This document shows positions 26,065 to 52,359 of a stretch of 64,000 bases of DNA, one piece after another. Within the stretch, counting starts at the first letter, position 1, and every line of letters begins with the position of its first letter. The DNA lies in the NCBI GenBank assembly GCA_965153355.1, contig OZ231126.1, positions 19,282,001 to 19,346,000 of the forward strand, in the 5' to 3' direction. Made by a program: the position numbers and the translations under genes. The notes beneath the pieces are model-generated. The model was not told where the DNA came from. It saw only the letters and a program-made list of their open reading frames with translations, and ran no database searches. This stretch comes from Flaccisagitta enflata. Taxonomy: Eukaryota.

Positions 26065-27333
26065 TAGTTTTTTTTTCCTTCATATAAACACACTTGAATA
26101 GTTGCACGAATTCTTTTAACTGTAAACTAGCTTATGTAATCTTGGTCAGACCAAGTACGAAGAGTAGCTTCCTCCACTCAATCGCTTGATCATCAAAATC
26201 ACCCAATGGTCTTTTCAGAAATGAAATTGAGAATTTCCAATTGGTATTGATGGAATAGTGTTATAATTATGCAAATGAAAAGAAATAAGAGGGGGGAAAA
26301 AGAAATAATGGGATCATTGGCTGAAGGTGGAAGAATGACAACCATTTAAGTCGTATTCGTTGTTTTGGTTGTGGCTATAGTCGTTGTCGTTGTGGGTATC
26401 GTCGTTGTGGGAATCGTCGTTGTGGTTGTGGTTGTTGAAGCTGTCATTGTGGTGGTTGCCGTTGTTGTGACAATTTCTCTTGTTTTCATATTTCTTCTCA
26501 ACACAGTTCACTAAAAGCACGCGTTACAACTGAAAACAAGCATCAAACGACACAAGATCGTGTTTAAGCAATTTGCATACGAAGGAAAGTCAAAAAACTA
26601 TATGAAATATTAATCATGATTAAAGATATCAAGCCTCTGCTAGCCTTGTTACTACACCATTTCCTATATGGAGGCGGTTTATTTTTTAAATCTCTAAAGA
26701 AATCCTTAATATGATAGTCGTTGCATTTTTCATTTCAAAATATTGCCTCCTGAAAAAAAGAGCGATGCGTAAGAATCAATAAAAAGGCGAATAGATTGAA
26801 ATCCAATTACAAAACGAATTTGTTGCTAAGCTAAACGATTTTTTTATTGTAAAGATCAGAAAAGATCCAACTGATTTTCAAAAATAGGGGGAAAACCAAT
26901 GACAATTTGATCGTAGAAATTTCTGTGATGTTTTGACGTTTTTGAAGCCATTTATACAAAAGAAGTAAAAAAAAAGATAACTATATGCAAAAACGCACTA
27001 CACATCAATCAAATAGATAACAACCAATCCTTACTATCGACTCAATCATTCTTTTTCGAGAGTTGTATATGAATCGTATGCTAAATGATATGAAAGTCAC
27101 TATACACTTTATCATTACAAAGGCAGAATCCAGAAAAAATAGCTGAAGGATAGGTTCGGGATGTGTCAATGGAGCCTTTATGATTCATGGTTTTTTTTTG
27201 TTGATAAAAACCATCAAAGCAGTAGTACTTTTAAAAATGACTAGAGTGGAACCATAAATCAATATCACGTTATTTCAATGAGCAAGTAAACGAAGAGGCA
27301 ATACAGATTAAATTCAAGGTTAATCTTTTTCTC

Positions 27334-28158
27334 CACGGCGTCCAGGAACAAACCCTAGGTCTAAAAAAATGCTCAAGACTCCTGACCTAGGGAAATATCT
27401 TTTTTGATGCATTAGCTACAAATTAATAGTAAAAATAAAAAAATCTGCTTAGAAATATAGAATTGATGGTCAAATATTAGCCAAAAAAGGCATTTTAAAG
27501 CATATTTAAGATTAGAAATTGTATTCATGGATTCTAAAAGTATGTAGAAATATATGAAAAGTTTGGCTACAGTAGTTGCACTAATGCTTTTACCTACTTC
27601 AGTTTGTTTAGAATGATTTTCCAATAATTAAAACAAAAAAAATGCCAAAAACTGTTGTAAAATGACTATTTTTTGTTATTTTTTGTTGTTTCTAAGCTCT
27701 AATCTATCAAATATTTCTTAAAACTAGTTGGATAATATTCCAGCATGTGTATCTTAACAATATTTATACACTTTTCATAGTCTTCAAGAATTTTAAAGAA
27801 GTAATTATGAAAATAGGCTGAAAAAAAATAAATTTGATAGTTTGAAATAGTTTTTTTAGCTTTTGTCTATAAAATAACCCTCTAAACTTACCAAATAGGT
27901 AAAAAAATTATTACAGCAACTATTGCCACACTTTTCAGATATTTTTTAAACAGCTTGAAGCTACAATCCTAATTTCTGAGATAAAAAATATATAAAAATG
28001 CTTCATTTTTGCTATCTTTAAACTTTGAATTCTATATTTCCAAGCCGATTTTTTTATTTTTGCCATAAATTGATAGCTAATGCATCAAAAAAGACTTTTT
28101 CCCAGGTCAGGAGTCTTGAGCATTTTTTTCGACCTATGGTTTGTTCCTGGACGCCGTG
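27334..28158. mobile_element. Non-autonomous CAC-terminated DNA transposon (Chapaev/CMC-like)
   Basis: ~85-bp TIR cacggcgtccaggaacaaacc... / ...ggtttgttcctggacgccgtg, flanked by 4-bp direct repeat tctc. Confidence 0.75.
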
Positions 28159-28346
28159 TCTCGTTTATAGAATGCAGATGCCTTTTGGGTACTTCCAAAT
28201 AGCAAACACATTTAACTGAAGTGCTTCTAGATCTCGATTTTTTTTTGTAAAGAAATGGAAAAGGTCAAAGCGAGTGACAGCTTACCAACGCACTCACTTT
28301 CTGTCGCGCACTCTATGAACTTTATTTTGTACCTGAAAAAAAAATA

Positions 28347-28682
28347 CCGTATTTTTTCTAAAAAGCGCCCCGGGCGCTTTTGAAATGGAAATAAAACCTG
28401 GCTTTTTAATCCTCCTATTAGCGCCCCCTTTATATTGTAGATGAACTGTCATTCAGTCTATCTTTTTCATGAAAGGCTACCAAAATGCTAAATTTGACTC
28501 AAAATAGAAATAATCCTTGCATATATCTGTTTGAAAGTCTTTGAAACTGGATCATTGTGTTGTTTTATATCATCATTTTACTCGCTATTTCTGTTCAAAT
28601 CTCTTCTGAAAAGTATAACATTAAGAATAAAAAGAGGGGGGCGCTTTTTGGAAGGGGGGGCGCTTTTTTAGAAAAAATACGG
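28347..28682. mobile_element. Tc1/mariner-type MITE
   Basis: TA|ccgtattttttctaaaaagcgccc ... gggcgctttttttagaaaaaatacgg|TA-type termini. Confidence 0.75.
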
Positions 28683-30705
28683 TATGTACAAATGATTTGA
28701 AAATAATGGTTGAATGATTTTTGAAGCAACTCCAGAACTCTGCCCTGCCTTGACGTCTACTTGCTCAGGTGCAGAAACGGAAAAGGGAGAGGGGGAGTAA
28801 GAGGAGGAAGAGGAGAGGGGGAGGCGATGAGGGAAGAGTGGGGGAGTAGAGGACGAGGAGGCGGTGCCCATCTTAAGAGGAAAATAGAGTTTAAGACCAC
28901 AATTCACGTTGCTCACTCTTGACACATTGCTGCTCAATTCCGAATTCGATTATCGATAATTGTAAGAAATCTGATGGGGAAGGCTCCATGCAGGCCGCAT
29001 CGCAATATGGCTATTCTTTTATACAATATAAATCAATTAGGGATGGAAGAATCTTGTAACAGTCAATCAATGTATATCCCTCAAATCATCACATGGTTAA
29101 TAACTTGATATTCACAAATTTTACTGTCGTTCTACTCTCTTGGCCAAGAAACTGCGACATCATGTTTACGACTTAGAAATGGAAAAATAAAATAAAAAAA
29201 TAAAAATTGAAAAAAAAAAATCTCTTTCATGTGGCTAAAAAAAAGAAACAACATTATCTCAAGTTGAGATTCTCAACGCATACTTAAGTACTACTATTTG
29301 ATTAATTTTCGTAAATCGATTGGATAATGGTTTCTTCTTAGCGGTTTCTTAAGGCCAAGATAGTGCTATCTCATCTTTTCCTCCAACAGGAGGATCATAC
29401 AAAACATATCGGGCGATCTTAGCCCAAAAGAGGGGAAAAAATATAAATGATTGTTCGGCAGAAGTCATTAAAAATGAAACACATCAGTCAGAGAAATCGG
29501 CGGAAACAACGCACTAAGCCTGAGTAACCATTTGCCGTTATCTATACATCCCAACCTTGGTGACACACGCATCAAACTACGCTATACATGGAAAGACAAA
29601 ACCTACCCCTTATCACATCATCTTTACAAATTATGAAACTCAGATTAAAAAAAGAAAAGAACATTATGAATATTTTGACTTCTTCCCTCGGCGAGATCAT
29701 GCATGAAAAGTGGATACAAGAGAAATTTTGATAGAAAAAGGGAGAAAAGGAAAACTGAACGAAAAACCGCGCGAAATTCAAGAAATGAAATAAATTGGAA
29801 ACATGCCGTAGAATTTCTTTGTTATTCTCTTAAGCTGTATAAAGAGAGCTTGAGGAAATCAATTGAGATGGACAAACTAGGCTGAGGGTAGAGTAAACCA
29901 TCAGGGTATATGGAAAGGGGTGGGCGAAAGGGTTGATATCTTTTTTTTGTTGGGGTTGGGGAAATACAAGATGGTTTTGGTTCCTTGGACTAATTCGCGG
30001 TGGATTTTGCAAATATGAATGATGTGTTTATTATACAATGCTGATATACATCTAATAATTTCCGTTGTCATTTTCTGATTACGACGTACCATCTAAGTAA
30101 AGGCTCACGAGAACAAAGAATCTTTGGTATCCTGAAAAAAAAAGATTGTCTTAATCTATTGCATTCTTCCTCTTACCCATCTATGGATCAAAAGCAAAAA
30201 AACCTTCACTCTCCCCCCACTCTTGAATTCTATTCCCACTAAATATTATCCTGCTCAAAATAAAAAAAGAAGTAACATTTACACTCGTGATCTTTTACTT
30301 CGTGGAACAGTAAAACATGGCTGGATCACATACACACAGAGAGAGACATGGAAAAAGTCACGATGGCACAATCAAAAAAGATCTCAAAATGCGTGAAACA
30401 AATCATCGAAAAAGAGTCACCGACGAATTAAGACAGTAAATTACTGCTCTAATGAGTTGCTCTTAATCGCTTTGGTTATGAGATCCGTGAGAGCGGCATT
30501 TTACGGCGTTTTTATTCACCGGTTAACCTCGTAATTTCAAATTTGAAACACGCAAAATTGTGAAGGATATTCAATTTGCGCCCGCGTTTGTTTCTTCTTC
30601 TATTACAGTAACAAAAGACGACAGCTGTATCACGAGAATGAGACGACGATCAAAGGAAGTGTGGAAAGGGTAGAAAGACAAGATTGAGAGAGAGAGAGAG
30701 AGTTA

Positions 30706-30974
30706 GGGGGCGTTTCTTGTCAAAGACGATCGCGTTTTTAACGGGCCACTCGGTCGCTCGCTACGTTCGTTCGCTCGCACCACTCACTCCGCTCACTCAC
30801 TCCGCAGCACACGGCTTCACTATGCTCGCTTCGTTCGCTCGCTCCGTTCACGAGCTCACTCACTCACTTCGCTCACTCTCTCGTGGGACAGTTGAAATTC
30901 TTGAATATGTGTTCACGCTGTGAACGCGTTTCACGGGAACAAACGCGTTTTTCGTCTTCACTAGAAACACGCCC
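30706..30974. mobile_element. PIF/Harbinger-type MITE
   Basis: TTA|gggggcgtttct ... agaaacacgccc|TTA: 3-bp TTA TSD, GGG termini, internal cgctc/cgttc repeats. Confidence 0.65.
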
Positions 30975-31364
30975 TTAGTGAGGCAAGCTCTCTCCCATGT
31001 GCTGATCTAAAAAGGCGATACACAATGGGGAGGATAAGTTTGGCGCGCGGGAAGGTTGATTGGTGTGCGAAAGAAAAGGGAAGGGAGAGTGGAATTTGAG
31101 AAGAAAGTGGATACTTCTGGACATCGATTGGTCAATAAACCTAATTCAATCTGAAAATGCGTGAATATAAAGGTAAAAAAAAAAAGAAAAAAAAAGAAGC
31201 AAACTGAAACAAGCAATATGGGATAAGAAAATGAAAATATGAAAACTACAGAAAGTCTTGCAATGTATTGTCCCCTTTCATGCATCATCTCACGATTGAA
31301 GAAATCAGCACTTTAAAATGAAAAAACTAACACATGAAAAAGATGAGAAACCGCACCCTATTTT

Positions 31365-40362
<8,998 letters not shown>

Positions 40363-40405
40363 CCTGGCTTGGGCCAAGGCAATTTGCCTGATGATGGTTG
40401 TTGTT

Positions 40406-40441
<36 letters not shown>

Positions 40442-40656
40442 CACACATCCAGAAGCCATATCAACACAAACGCGCGGAAACGAATGATGAAGGAAAAACG
40501 AGGGAAAAAAAAGAAGAGTGGGGAGGGGAGTGGGGGGAATGGAATGTGACGGTGGCGACGTGATGATTAAGTGTTTGTTGCGTTTGCGCGCGTGTATGCG
40601 TGAGTTGGTGTTAGTGAGGGTGCGTGTGCATATTTGTAGGTGTTTGTGAGTGTTTG

Positions 40657-40707
<51 letters not shown>

Positions 40708-41257
40708 ACGGGGTAGGGTGGAATAGGAAATGCAAGCAAGTTAATAATTTGATTGGCGTGGCCTCGCACTTCATCATCGGTTATCTTGTCGGCATTTTGC
40801 TCTCATGTTTTTCTTTGGGATCAAATCAATAACCCAAGTGTCAATTCCGTTGCACATCCTTTACTAGTCAAATCCTTTATTCGTGCTAAGCAGGGGCAAT
40901 AATGCGGAAGCTGCTTTGTTTCGAACGAACACACGCGCTAATCGATCACCGAATATAGCAAATTTTGTATTGTAATCTATTTGAAAACATGGGTTCGCGT
41001 GCTTTACGAAAGATATCCAAATGGACCCTCAATCAACGACTGTCCAGTTAATCATTATTCCACTCAAAAGAGTTAAATATTTCATTCAGTCACAACCCGT
41101 AGAAGCCGTCAACATAATCCAATTCTAAGTTGAAGATGTGGTCTCTATAAGAGGCTTTGTTGGACTGTTAGTCCGTAATGCACAAGTCAAAAAATGTGAA
41201 AACACGCAATTGAGATGCCACACATGTGTGTGGGTTAGAGGGGGTGTGGATTATAAT

Positions 41258-41381
41258 TAGGGATGTGGAAGCGATTGACCGCTTCCGTTTTGGAGGATGG
41301 GAGAGCTACTAGTAATTGTACTACAAAATGGAAGCGGAAGCGGTGGAAGCGGCACTAAAATCGACGGCTTCCACATCCCTA
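41258..41381. mobile_element. hAT-type mini-MITE, copy 1
   Basis: tagggatgtggaagc...gcttccacatcccta with perfect 8-bp TSD attataat. Confidence 0.85.
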
Positions 41382-41784
41382 ATTATAATCCTGCGTTGCT
41401 TGTTAGGCGGGGTTCGGCGGAGAAACTGGACAGCCTTAAAAGCGGAGTCCTCTAAAATTCACAAGTCAAGAAGGATTCTCTGAGTCAAAAGTGATATCCT
41501 GAGTCGTTAAACATGTTTTTATTTTCAACTATGTAGAAGTCTGGTGTACAAGTGAGAAGGAAAAGATGACACTAGTTATGACAATGTTCAAAGAATAATA
41601 TCGCTAGAAAACTTGCTGTGGATGAAAAAACACAATTGTCAGGAAAAAAACATTTTTGTCCAATGTAAAAAGTCTAGATATCATAACTTTGATAGATCAC
41701 TTGAAAATATTGTTTCTTTCTGCAATATGCAAATAATTTTCTTTTTTAACGTATTCTGTCACTAAAAACAAGAAGAATGGGGAG

Positions 41785-43714
<1,930 letters not shown>

Positions 43715-43877
43715 GGAGGGGAAAGGGGGGATGGAGTGTGACGATGGCGACGTGATGATTAAGTGAAGGTGTGTGTTTTTTGCGTTTGCGCGCGTGTATG
43801 CGTGAGTTGGTGTTAGTGAGGGTGCGTGTGCATATTTGTAGGTGTTTGTGAGTGTTTGTATGAGAGAGAGAGAGAGT

Positions 43878-43927
<50 letters not shown>

Positions 43928-44017
43928 AAGGGAGGAGAGGAGAAGAAGCATTCAGGTAAGGATTTCATTGGAGATGCCTCTTATTTTATCATCGATTTTT
44001 TTAGTCGCGTGCTACGC

Positions 44018-47000
44018 GACTCTACACCCCGCTATGTCGGTCGGTCGGTCGGTCGGTCGGTTGGTCGGTCCCCTTTTTACTTTTTCGGCGTTTTTGAGCT
44101 TTTTGAGCATACAGCTACTGCCCAGATGACCCAGTGACCTTCTTCAGCACTGCTCCTGCCCAACCGCACGCGACTAGGGTAGCCGTGTATCCGGCCTTGT
44201 TTATCGGCATTTTTGCTCTCATTTCTCCCTCTTAAAATCACTTCAATACTGAAGTGTCAATTGACTCAATTCCGGTGCAAACCCTGAATGAGTCAAAGAC
44301 TGTAATTTAGGGTGGAGTGAAGCTGCGATGCAAAAGCTTCTTCGGATGCTAGAGGGCTAGAGCCTAGAGGCAATTATGCAAAAAAATAAATGTGAAAAGC
44401 CAAAAAAGGCAGTGTGTGACCGACCGACCGATAAGCTCAGAAACCACTTTTTCGGTCGATTTCGCGTCATGCGAAATTTTGCGTCACCGACCTATGTACG
44501 GACACGCACGTAGACGGACGGACCTTCCAACGGACTAACCCTCTTTTTGAAATTGCTAAGCAAGCGAGTGAACACCAGTCGATTTATCGTACCCTAATTC
44601 TAAGAAAATCATTTGGATATACTGAGAGAGAAGGTTCTGAATCACCCTTGCCATGTAAGATGGTCGGTAACGTCACCTTTGGATGACGTAAAATCTGCTG
44701 AAATTAGTGATCACTGAGCATTATTATTACTATTGCCAGACCACATTACAGCCCATGCACTGACATACAGGCCCTCTTCCTGCCTATGGTGCTACACAAG
44801 ATAAACACCGCTTTACGTGGACAACCGAGATATCGGAGTCCTACAAAATTACCACGAATTCTTGCACGTGATTTGAGTTAGTCATTCTGCCACAGAGCTC
44901 AGCAAAGAGATCATTTTGAAAATCACATAAAAGCATGTGGACACAAGAAAAGTACATGGATACACTTTATTAGGCAATACCTACGCACTAGAATTGGCTT
45001 GAAAACTCATCGCAGATGACAAGGGTTTTTAATGATAAAAAGACTTGTTTTCAATAATCTAGGTAGTCATGATGCCCATCATAATAAGCCATTTTGTAAA
45101 GAGACTGTGCGTTAGCGCATTATGCAAACTGTTTTTTTTAGTCGCGTGCTCACAGCTCTACACCCTGCTTTGTCGGTCCGGCGGTCTGTCCGTCGGTCTA
45201 TTCGTCCATCGCACTTTACTTCTTTGGCATTTATGAAGTTTTGGCCTTGCTGCACCTGTTCAAATGCTCTACTGAACCCGTACTGGGGTAGCCGTATATC
45301 CGGCCTTGTTATCTTACACACGCGGCACATACAGGCTGAAATTGTCTCAGTAAAGTGTTGATAGTAAATAGTAAAATTGGATTTGGAAGTAGCAATCTAG
45401 AACTATTTTCATAGACTCAAAGAGTGCTAAGATTGAATCATAATTCCATTTATAAATGTTGGGGCAAATGACGCCAAGCTAAGACCCATAGCTTTATTCG
45501 TTTAGATACTACATCAAAGTAAGTTGATTATAAGAAATGGGCACAAAACTTGAATAGAATATAAACACATGACGTTTTGTTACCGTGTAGCTCTGACATG
45601 CAAATTTTATAGTTAGATTAGTGACCATTTTGAAGCTATCTACTGCCGCCAAGCGCAAGCGGGGAATCATAGCTCTATTTGTTTGGATACTACATAGTAC
45701 ATCAACAAGGCCGGATACACGGCTACCCCAGTCGCGTGCGGGTGGGCAGGAACAGTGCTGGAGAAGGTCACCAGAGCATTTGGGCAGGGGCAGTGGGCTC
45801 AAAAAGCTCAAAAACAAAAAGTTGAGGAGGGAGCAGGGCAGCGGCCCCAAAGGGGTCGATGACCTATGCTTTCACACATATGGGAAATTTTCTCCTCCTC
45901 CTCCTCTTCCTCCTGGGATAGGGGCTTATGGCTGGGATTTGGACCTCAAGGCTTTGATTTGGGTCTCAAGGCTGGGATCTGCGCCTCCAGACTAGGATTT
46001 TGGCCCTTAGGCTAGGATTTGGGCCTCAAGGCTAGGATTTGGGCCTCAAGACTTGGATTTGAGCCTCGAGACTGGAATTTGGGCATCGAGACTGGGATTT
46101 GAGGGGGGACGGAGAAGGAGGAGGAGAGGAGGAGAAGGAGAAAATTCCCCATATGTGTGAAAGCACAGGTCATCGACCCCTTCGGAGCCGCTGCCCAAAA
46201 AAAGGACCGACCAACCGACCAACCGACTGACCGACCAACCAACGGACCGACATAGCGGGGAGTAGAGTCGCGTAGCACGCGACTAAAAAGACTCAAAGAG
46301 AGGGAGTCTTGATTCTCAAAAATCGTGAAAAATGTGTGGAGATACCCTGAGTGACAGAAAGAGAGCAAAACGTGATTGGGGTAAAAGATTCTCAATTCTT
46401 AACCCATCAATTACATTTTACAAGAAGGGGAATAGAAATACAGAGGAAACCCAACTTAGTGGCTCCTTTATTTAAGGGATATCCGCATTTAAGAGGCTTT
46501 TCCAATATCAAAAAACCTCTATTTAAGGAACCTCTATATAAGGAATATTTGGATTTAAGAGACAAGTTTTTAGTCGCGTGCACGCGACTCTACACCCCGC
46601 TTTGTCCGTCGGTCGGTCGGTTGGTTGGTTGGTCGGTCGGTCTGTTGGTCCATCACACTTTTACTTTTTTTATCAATCTTATTTCTTTAAGTCATTTAAA
46701 GTCATATAAGAGTATGCTGAGTCATTCTTAGTCATTCTAAGTCATTCTAAGTCAATCTGTAAGTCTCGCACGCAACTTATGGGTGTTGGCCTTGTTGAAA
46801 ATATTCCTTATATCAGGGGAAATTTTAGGTACATTAGATGGATTTGAAAAAAAAAAAACAAGGCTGGATACACGGCTACCCCAGTCGATTGCGGGTGGGT
46901 AGGAGCAGTGCTGGAGAAGGTCACTAGAGCATTTGGGCAGGAGCAGTAGGCTCAAAAAGCTCAAAAACGCTGAAAAGTAAAAAGGGGACCAACCAACCAA

Positions 47001-47850
47001 CCAACCAACCATTGGACTGACCAACCGACAAACCGACATAGCGGATTGTAGAGTCGCATAGCACGCAACTAATAATGATTTTGAAATAATTAAAAACAAG
47101 GCAGTTGGGCAGAAGCAGTAACGCTAAAAACGCCCGCAAACGCCAAAAAATGCTAATGCGGACCAACCAACCAACCGACTGACAGATTGACCGACCAACC
47201 GACATAGCGGGTCATAGAGTAGTGTAGCACGCAACTTAAAAAAAAAAAGGCCAACAACTATATGTTGCGTGCCCAACATAAATATTTTCTTAAATAGATG
47301 TGAGGAACAATATTGACTAAAATGACTAGAATGACTTAATATGACTTAGAATGATTAAGAACAACCTAAAATGACTTAAAATGAAATAAAATGACTCAGA
47401 ATGAATGAAAATGACTTAGAAGAACTTAGAATGACCTAAATTGACTTAGTATTGCTTAAATTGACTTAGAATGACAATAATGACTTGAAATAAATTAGAA
47501 TGATTTATAACGACTTAGAATGACTAAAAATGACCTTGAATGACTTAGAATGACTTAAACTGACTAAGAATGACTTAAGATTGACTGAAAATGATGTATA
47601 GGACTATATTGACTTAAATGACAATATTGAAAAAAAAATGAATTAAAATGACTCAAAATGACTGAGAATGACTGAAAATGATCTGAAGGACTACATTGAG
47701 TAAAATGACTAAGAATGACTCAAAATGACATACAATGACTAAAAGTAATTTAAAGAAATAAAAGTGATAAAAAAGTAAAGTGTGACCAACCAACCAACCG
47801 ACCAACAAATGGACAAAGTGGGTTGTAGAGTCGGGTGCACGCGACTAAAA
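44018..47850. mobile_element. Cluster of family A HINE-like copies (~44018-44200, 45134-45310, 45705-46290, 46568-46795, 46858-47070, 47095-47240, 47248-47850)
   Basis: Repeated ttttagtcgcgtg(c/ct)acgcgactctacacccc + (GGTC)n heads and gccgtgtatccggccttgtt tails, in both orientations; some carry (atgacttaga)n arrays. Confidence 0.75.
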
Positions 47851-48675
47851 ATTATTTAAGAATGACAAAATATTCCCTGTGCCATGAATATCCTGCCATG
47901 ATCTAACTTAATCATTGCTGATGAATTTAGTTAAAGCATAAGAATGTGGTAACACTATGAATTTTGTGATCATTAATAACTAACAAAAAAATCTTTTATA
48001 AGACAATGAATTCAATCTAAGGAATTTCGGATTCAAGAGACAAGAATAGTCAGTCCCTTGAAATCCCTAAAACCGAAGTCCCGCTGTAAGTCTGTATATA
48101 GAAATTCCATTCCGTAATCGCCACCTTTGAGGGTTTACATACTAGTAACTACTTCTCATGATCTCAGGACATTTTACAGACAAAATCTAGGTAAATCATG
48201 ACCTAAGTTTTGGTGATTTATCTGATTCAATCAATTTTGAGGGTTTGCTTTGGCTTTAGATGTCAGTTATATGGATCAATTCAAGATAAGGTCATTTTCC
48301 GCCTAAATCAAATAGTGCCCTGACAATCTCTTAAATGGTATTTATTCGTATCAAATTCCTTTCTGACATGAAATAAATTGCTGTGTTTGGTTCTTAATTA
48401 GCCGTTTTAAATGAGGCAAAATATGAAGATATAAACTCGTAAGTAAATTACAATACAATTCACTGTTGTTTTAAAGTCGACTCTATACTTCAATTCAGAA
48501 GCGAGAGTTGGTGCCTTTCTCGTGGTGCAGACAATGATATCAAACAGAAAGAAAGCTAAGGAGGACGACCAACACTGAAAGATCTGCGAATGTCATCAAT
48601 GAAATTGCAAAGGAATACAGACAATCGCGATGATCACCGCTTCTTCATCATCCATGTAAATAGGTTGCAACAATG

Positions 48676-48738
<63 letters not shown>

Positions 48739-51154
48739 AAGAATTTGAGATGCTAATGAAGAAATGGTCGTTTGACACGACCGCCGCGCCTGCAGTATAC
48801 TAGACGTAGACGTTAATTGTGGATCGTTTAGCATGCAACGACCCCATTTGCATAATACGCAGACGAAGGGAACAGTTTTTATGGTGTGCTCGGGACACAA
48901 CAACGTTCTTGGCTTATTTGGCATATTTGGGCCGATCATGTAGCCCCTGCCCCTGCCCCAGGAAATGTGACCTTTCCCCTTCGGCCCTAAGTATGGCTAG
49001 GGCAGATTTCGTGATACCGACCCTGCCCAAAAGACTCGTGATTACAACCTTTCCTACCCAGTAACGACTGTGGCGGCCGTTATATCCGTCCTTGTTGTCT
49101 ACGTGTCTTTCGCCAATTTTAAATGATGCGTCTGGGCAATCAACTGCTTTTGACACCGCGCCGTCAAAAATTCAATTTCCAGGATGAATTACGCGCTTCA
49201 TTATGCGATACATGCTGAGACAAATTGAAATTCTCGATTCACGCCCCTTCATTTGCTCATATTAGTTGTCTGTAAGGTTGTTTGTTTATTGACGTCACTT
49301 AAGTAAAATACAAGAGAAACGAAAAGACAAATGTTACTTCCTAAAAAGTGTAGCAATCTAGAATCCACCCTCATTCAACCATCCCATATACTATCTTAAC
49401 TACCAAATTGGGCTCTGACACCCCCAAAACACCTCGACCACTTAAAATCATCAACACATTGTCCACCCATCCAGGTCGAGCGAACGTTTTATTCAATAGT
49501 CTGCCTCACTTCACTGTCAACCCCTTACAACACAAGCTTTCCACGCACACAATTTCATGCAATATGCATAAGACGGCGTCCCTCCGAAGACAACAATTGT
49601 GTTTCAAAGAAAGTGATTGAAATAGTTCAGATATAATATTTAAAAGAAAAATTTGCATTAATTTAGCAAGAGGTTCAAGTTTAACCAATATTACCAAAAA
49701 ACTTTTTTTTGAAAATTTGACTCATTTCATTTTTGTCTGACAGACTGAAAAAATGAAAAAATGTTGAACGTAGTTCTCCTCCAAAATCAATTACAGAGAG
49801 AACTATGTTTTTCAAAATGCAAAATTTCCCTGTGTTTGGCTTTCTTAGAATTTCGACCTCAGAAAATGAAAAAAAATTGGAAGCAGAAATTCAGTAAAAC
49901 ATCATTTTCCTGCTTGTGTTCATGAGTAATGCATAGTTCAAATCACATTGTAAGTCAGAATATGATGAAAATATATGCATTAAATGTCTTTAGAGACAAT
50001 TTTTCCACTAAAAACATTCTAGCTTCATTATTGTCCTGATAATGATGCAAAAAATATGGTGAAACACTTCATTTTTCTTCAAAAATTTACTGTCATAACT
50101 GGTATTCTAGGCACTAGTTTCCCAAATTTCCATGTGTAGACGAAATCTACTGTACGAAGTGTACATACATTTGTATATTCATTTGTGAAACGACTTTCAA
50201 CAGTTGTCAATATATTCTATAATCTAGATGCCGCAACCCGTAACTCCAACGAGTAATCATTACGGGGTTTTTAAATGATGCGCAAATGGATTTTTAGTTG
50301 ATCTTTCATACCTCTCGTGTTTTATTTGATATGAGAAAAGATTTATTCTATTTGCTATCATCATGAACATTTTCGGTCAATATGATCTCCCTTCTTATCA
50401 TGGATGGCCCACATTTGTGAGTGCTCACGATTAACAATATGCTCACCTTTTTCCACGCGTTTTGTTTTTTTCGTGGAGTTTCGCCGTCAAAAAAAAAGAC
50501 TCAAAAAAAGGCGACAAAACTTTTTGATTGCAAAGGAAAGAGCAGAAGCAAAAAAAGTTGATGTGGCTTTGAGGAATCAGAGGTGGAAGCAAGATTGGAA
50601 GCGGACTGCGGACGTGGAAAAAAGTTACTTCAATTCACAAATGCAAATCAGATGGATATTGGTTTAAGAAAGTCCATTCCAGTTTGTGCGGATGTCGTTT
50701 TTTCCCCTTCAACCTTCTAATTTCAAAATTTTTTTTTTTCCGCGTCTCAAAAAATGAATGGAACCGACGACAATCGATATGATTAAGACTTTTTCAGAGT
50801 AGTCATCATCAACATCATAAAAACCCTTTTTTTTACTGTTGTTGTCGTCGTCCTCGTCGTCGGTATCGTTATCGGTGGCGCTCATGAGACGTCCGGCAGC
50901 ATGATCCGGTCTAACTTGTTTAGAGGAACTAGTTTTTTTTCTCTATACTTTTTTTGCCAGTGATCAAGGACCTTATCTTAAGTCCAAGAAAGATGAATAA
51001 AGAATGGGAGAGAAAGAAAAGTCAATGGAAAAGAGAGAGAGAGCGTGTGAGAAAGAGAAAGAGAAAGAGAGAAAGAGAAAGAGATACACGGTTAAAGCCG
51101 AAATGCGAAACGAAAGAAAGCGCGACGCGACGGCGACAAACGCGACAGCAATGA

Positions 51155-51228
<74 letters not shown>

Positions 51229-51770
51229 ACAGATACGACTCACTCAAAGACAAAGAAAGACAAACAATTGGTAAACAAAAAAGCAAACGATCAAGCAAAC
51301 AAACGAACAAATAAATTAACGAACAAATCAGCAAACAGATAAATAAGTGAACAAGCAAAAAACATTCAATGAATGCCACAAACAAAAGACAAAGACGGAC
51401 AGATAGACGGGGTAAAACAAAGGAGCAAAAACATGAAATTTGATACAAAAAAGGTGGCTGTATCTTGATTTTCGGTTTGACACATTACAATCCTCAGAAC
51501 AATGGAAATATGCACTAAATCGAGAGTAGTGAAATGACGGATGGAAAGACGGACAGTGAGTCACTTAGACGAACGTATGCACCATACCAAAAGTGTCCCC
51601 AACGTAAAGATCTAGGGTCATAGCCTGAGAATGCGAAGTGTTCATAGAACGTAATGATGGTTATAGAAAGTTTTGCAACGCGCATTTTGGGAACGCGATA
51701 AAGAAAGGTCACGACGCTGAAAGATGACCATATGAAGGATAGAGTTGGTGTGGTGCAAAAAGAGAGAGGG

Positions 51771-51825
<55 letters not shown>

Positions 51826-52267
51826 CAGACAGAGACAGACAGAGACAGAGAGACAGAGAGACAGAGAGACAGAGAGACAGAGACAGAGAGTCCTAGAGAC
51901 AAACAGACAGACACAGACAGATAGACATCCAGTGAGCGTTGGTGGAACTAACCAAGACATTGACAGTAAAGTTTAAGGGCCGGAGGACTTGGGCAATGAC
52001 TTAAGAGACGGTTAAGTCTCATGCTGTCTGCGGTCATTGTAACTGGATTAAAAGTTTTAACAAAAGTTGTTTTTAGAGATTTGAATTGATGTCAGCGAAT
52101 TGCTGGGTTGAGAGAAGGAAGGAGGGGAGATAGATGAGTCTATGCTGCATCATTAATAAGTGGATAGGAAGGCGTAAGAAGGCGTTAGAAAGGGAAATCA
52201 TGAGTCGATATATCGATTTGAAGGACCCTCGTTTATCATGTAAACTGGCAGAGATGATATATTTGTA

Positions 52268-52359
<92 letters not shown>

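Noticed and set aside
41095-41110. aacccgtaga, matching the 5' end of miR-100
   Set aside because: Match ends after 10 nt and no precursor hairpin is evident.
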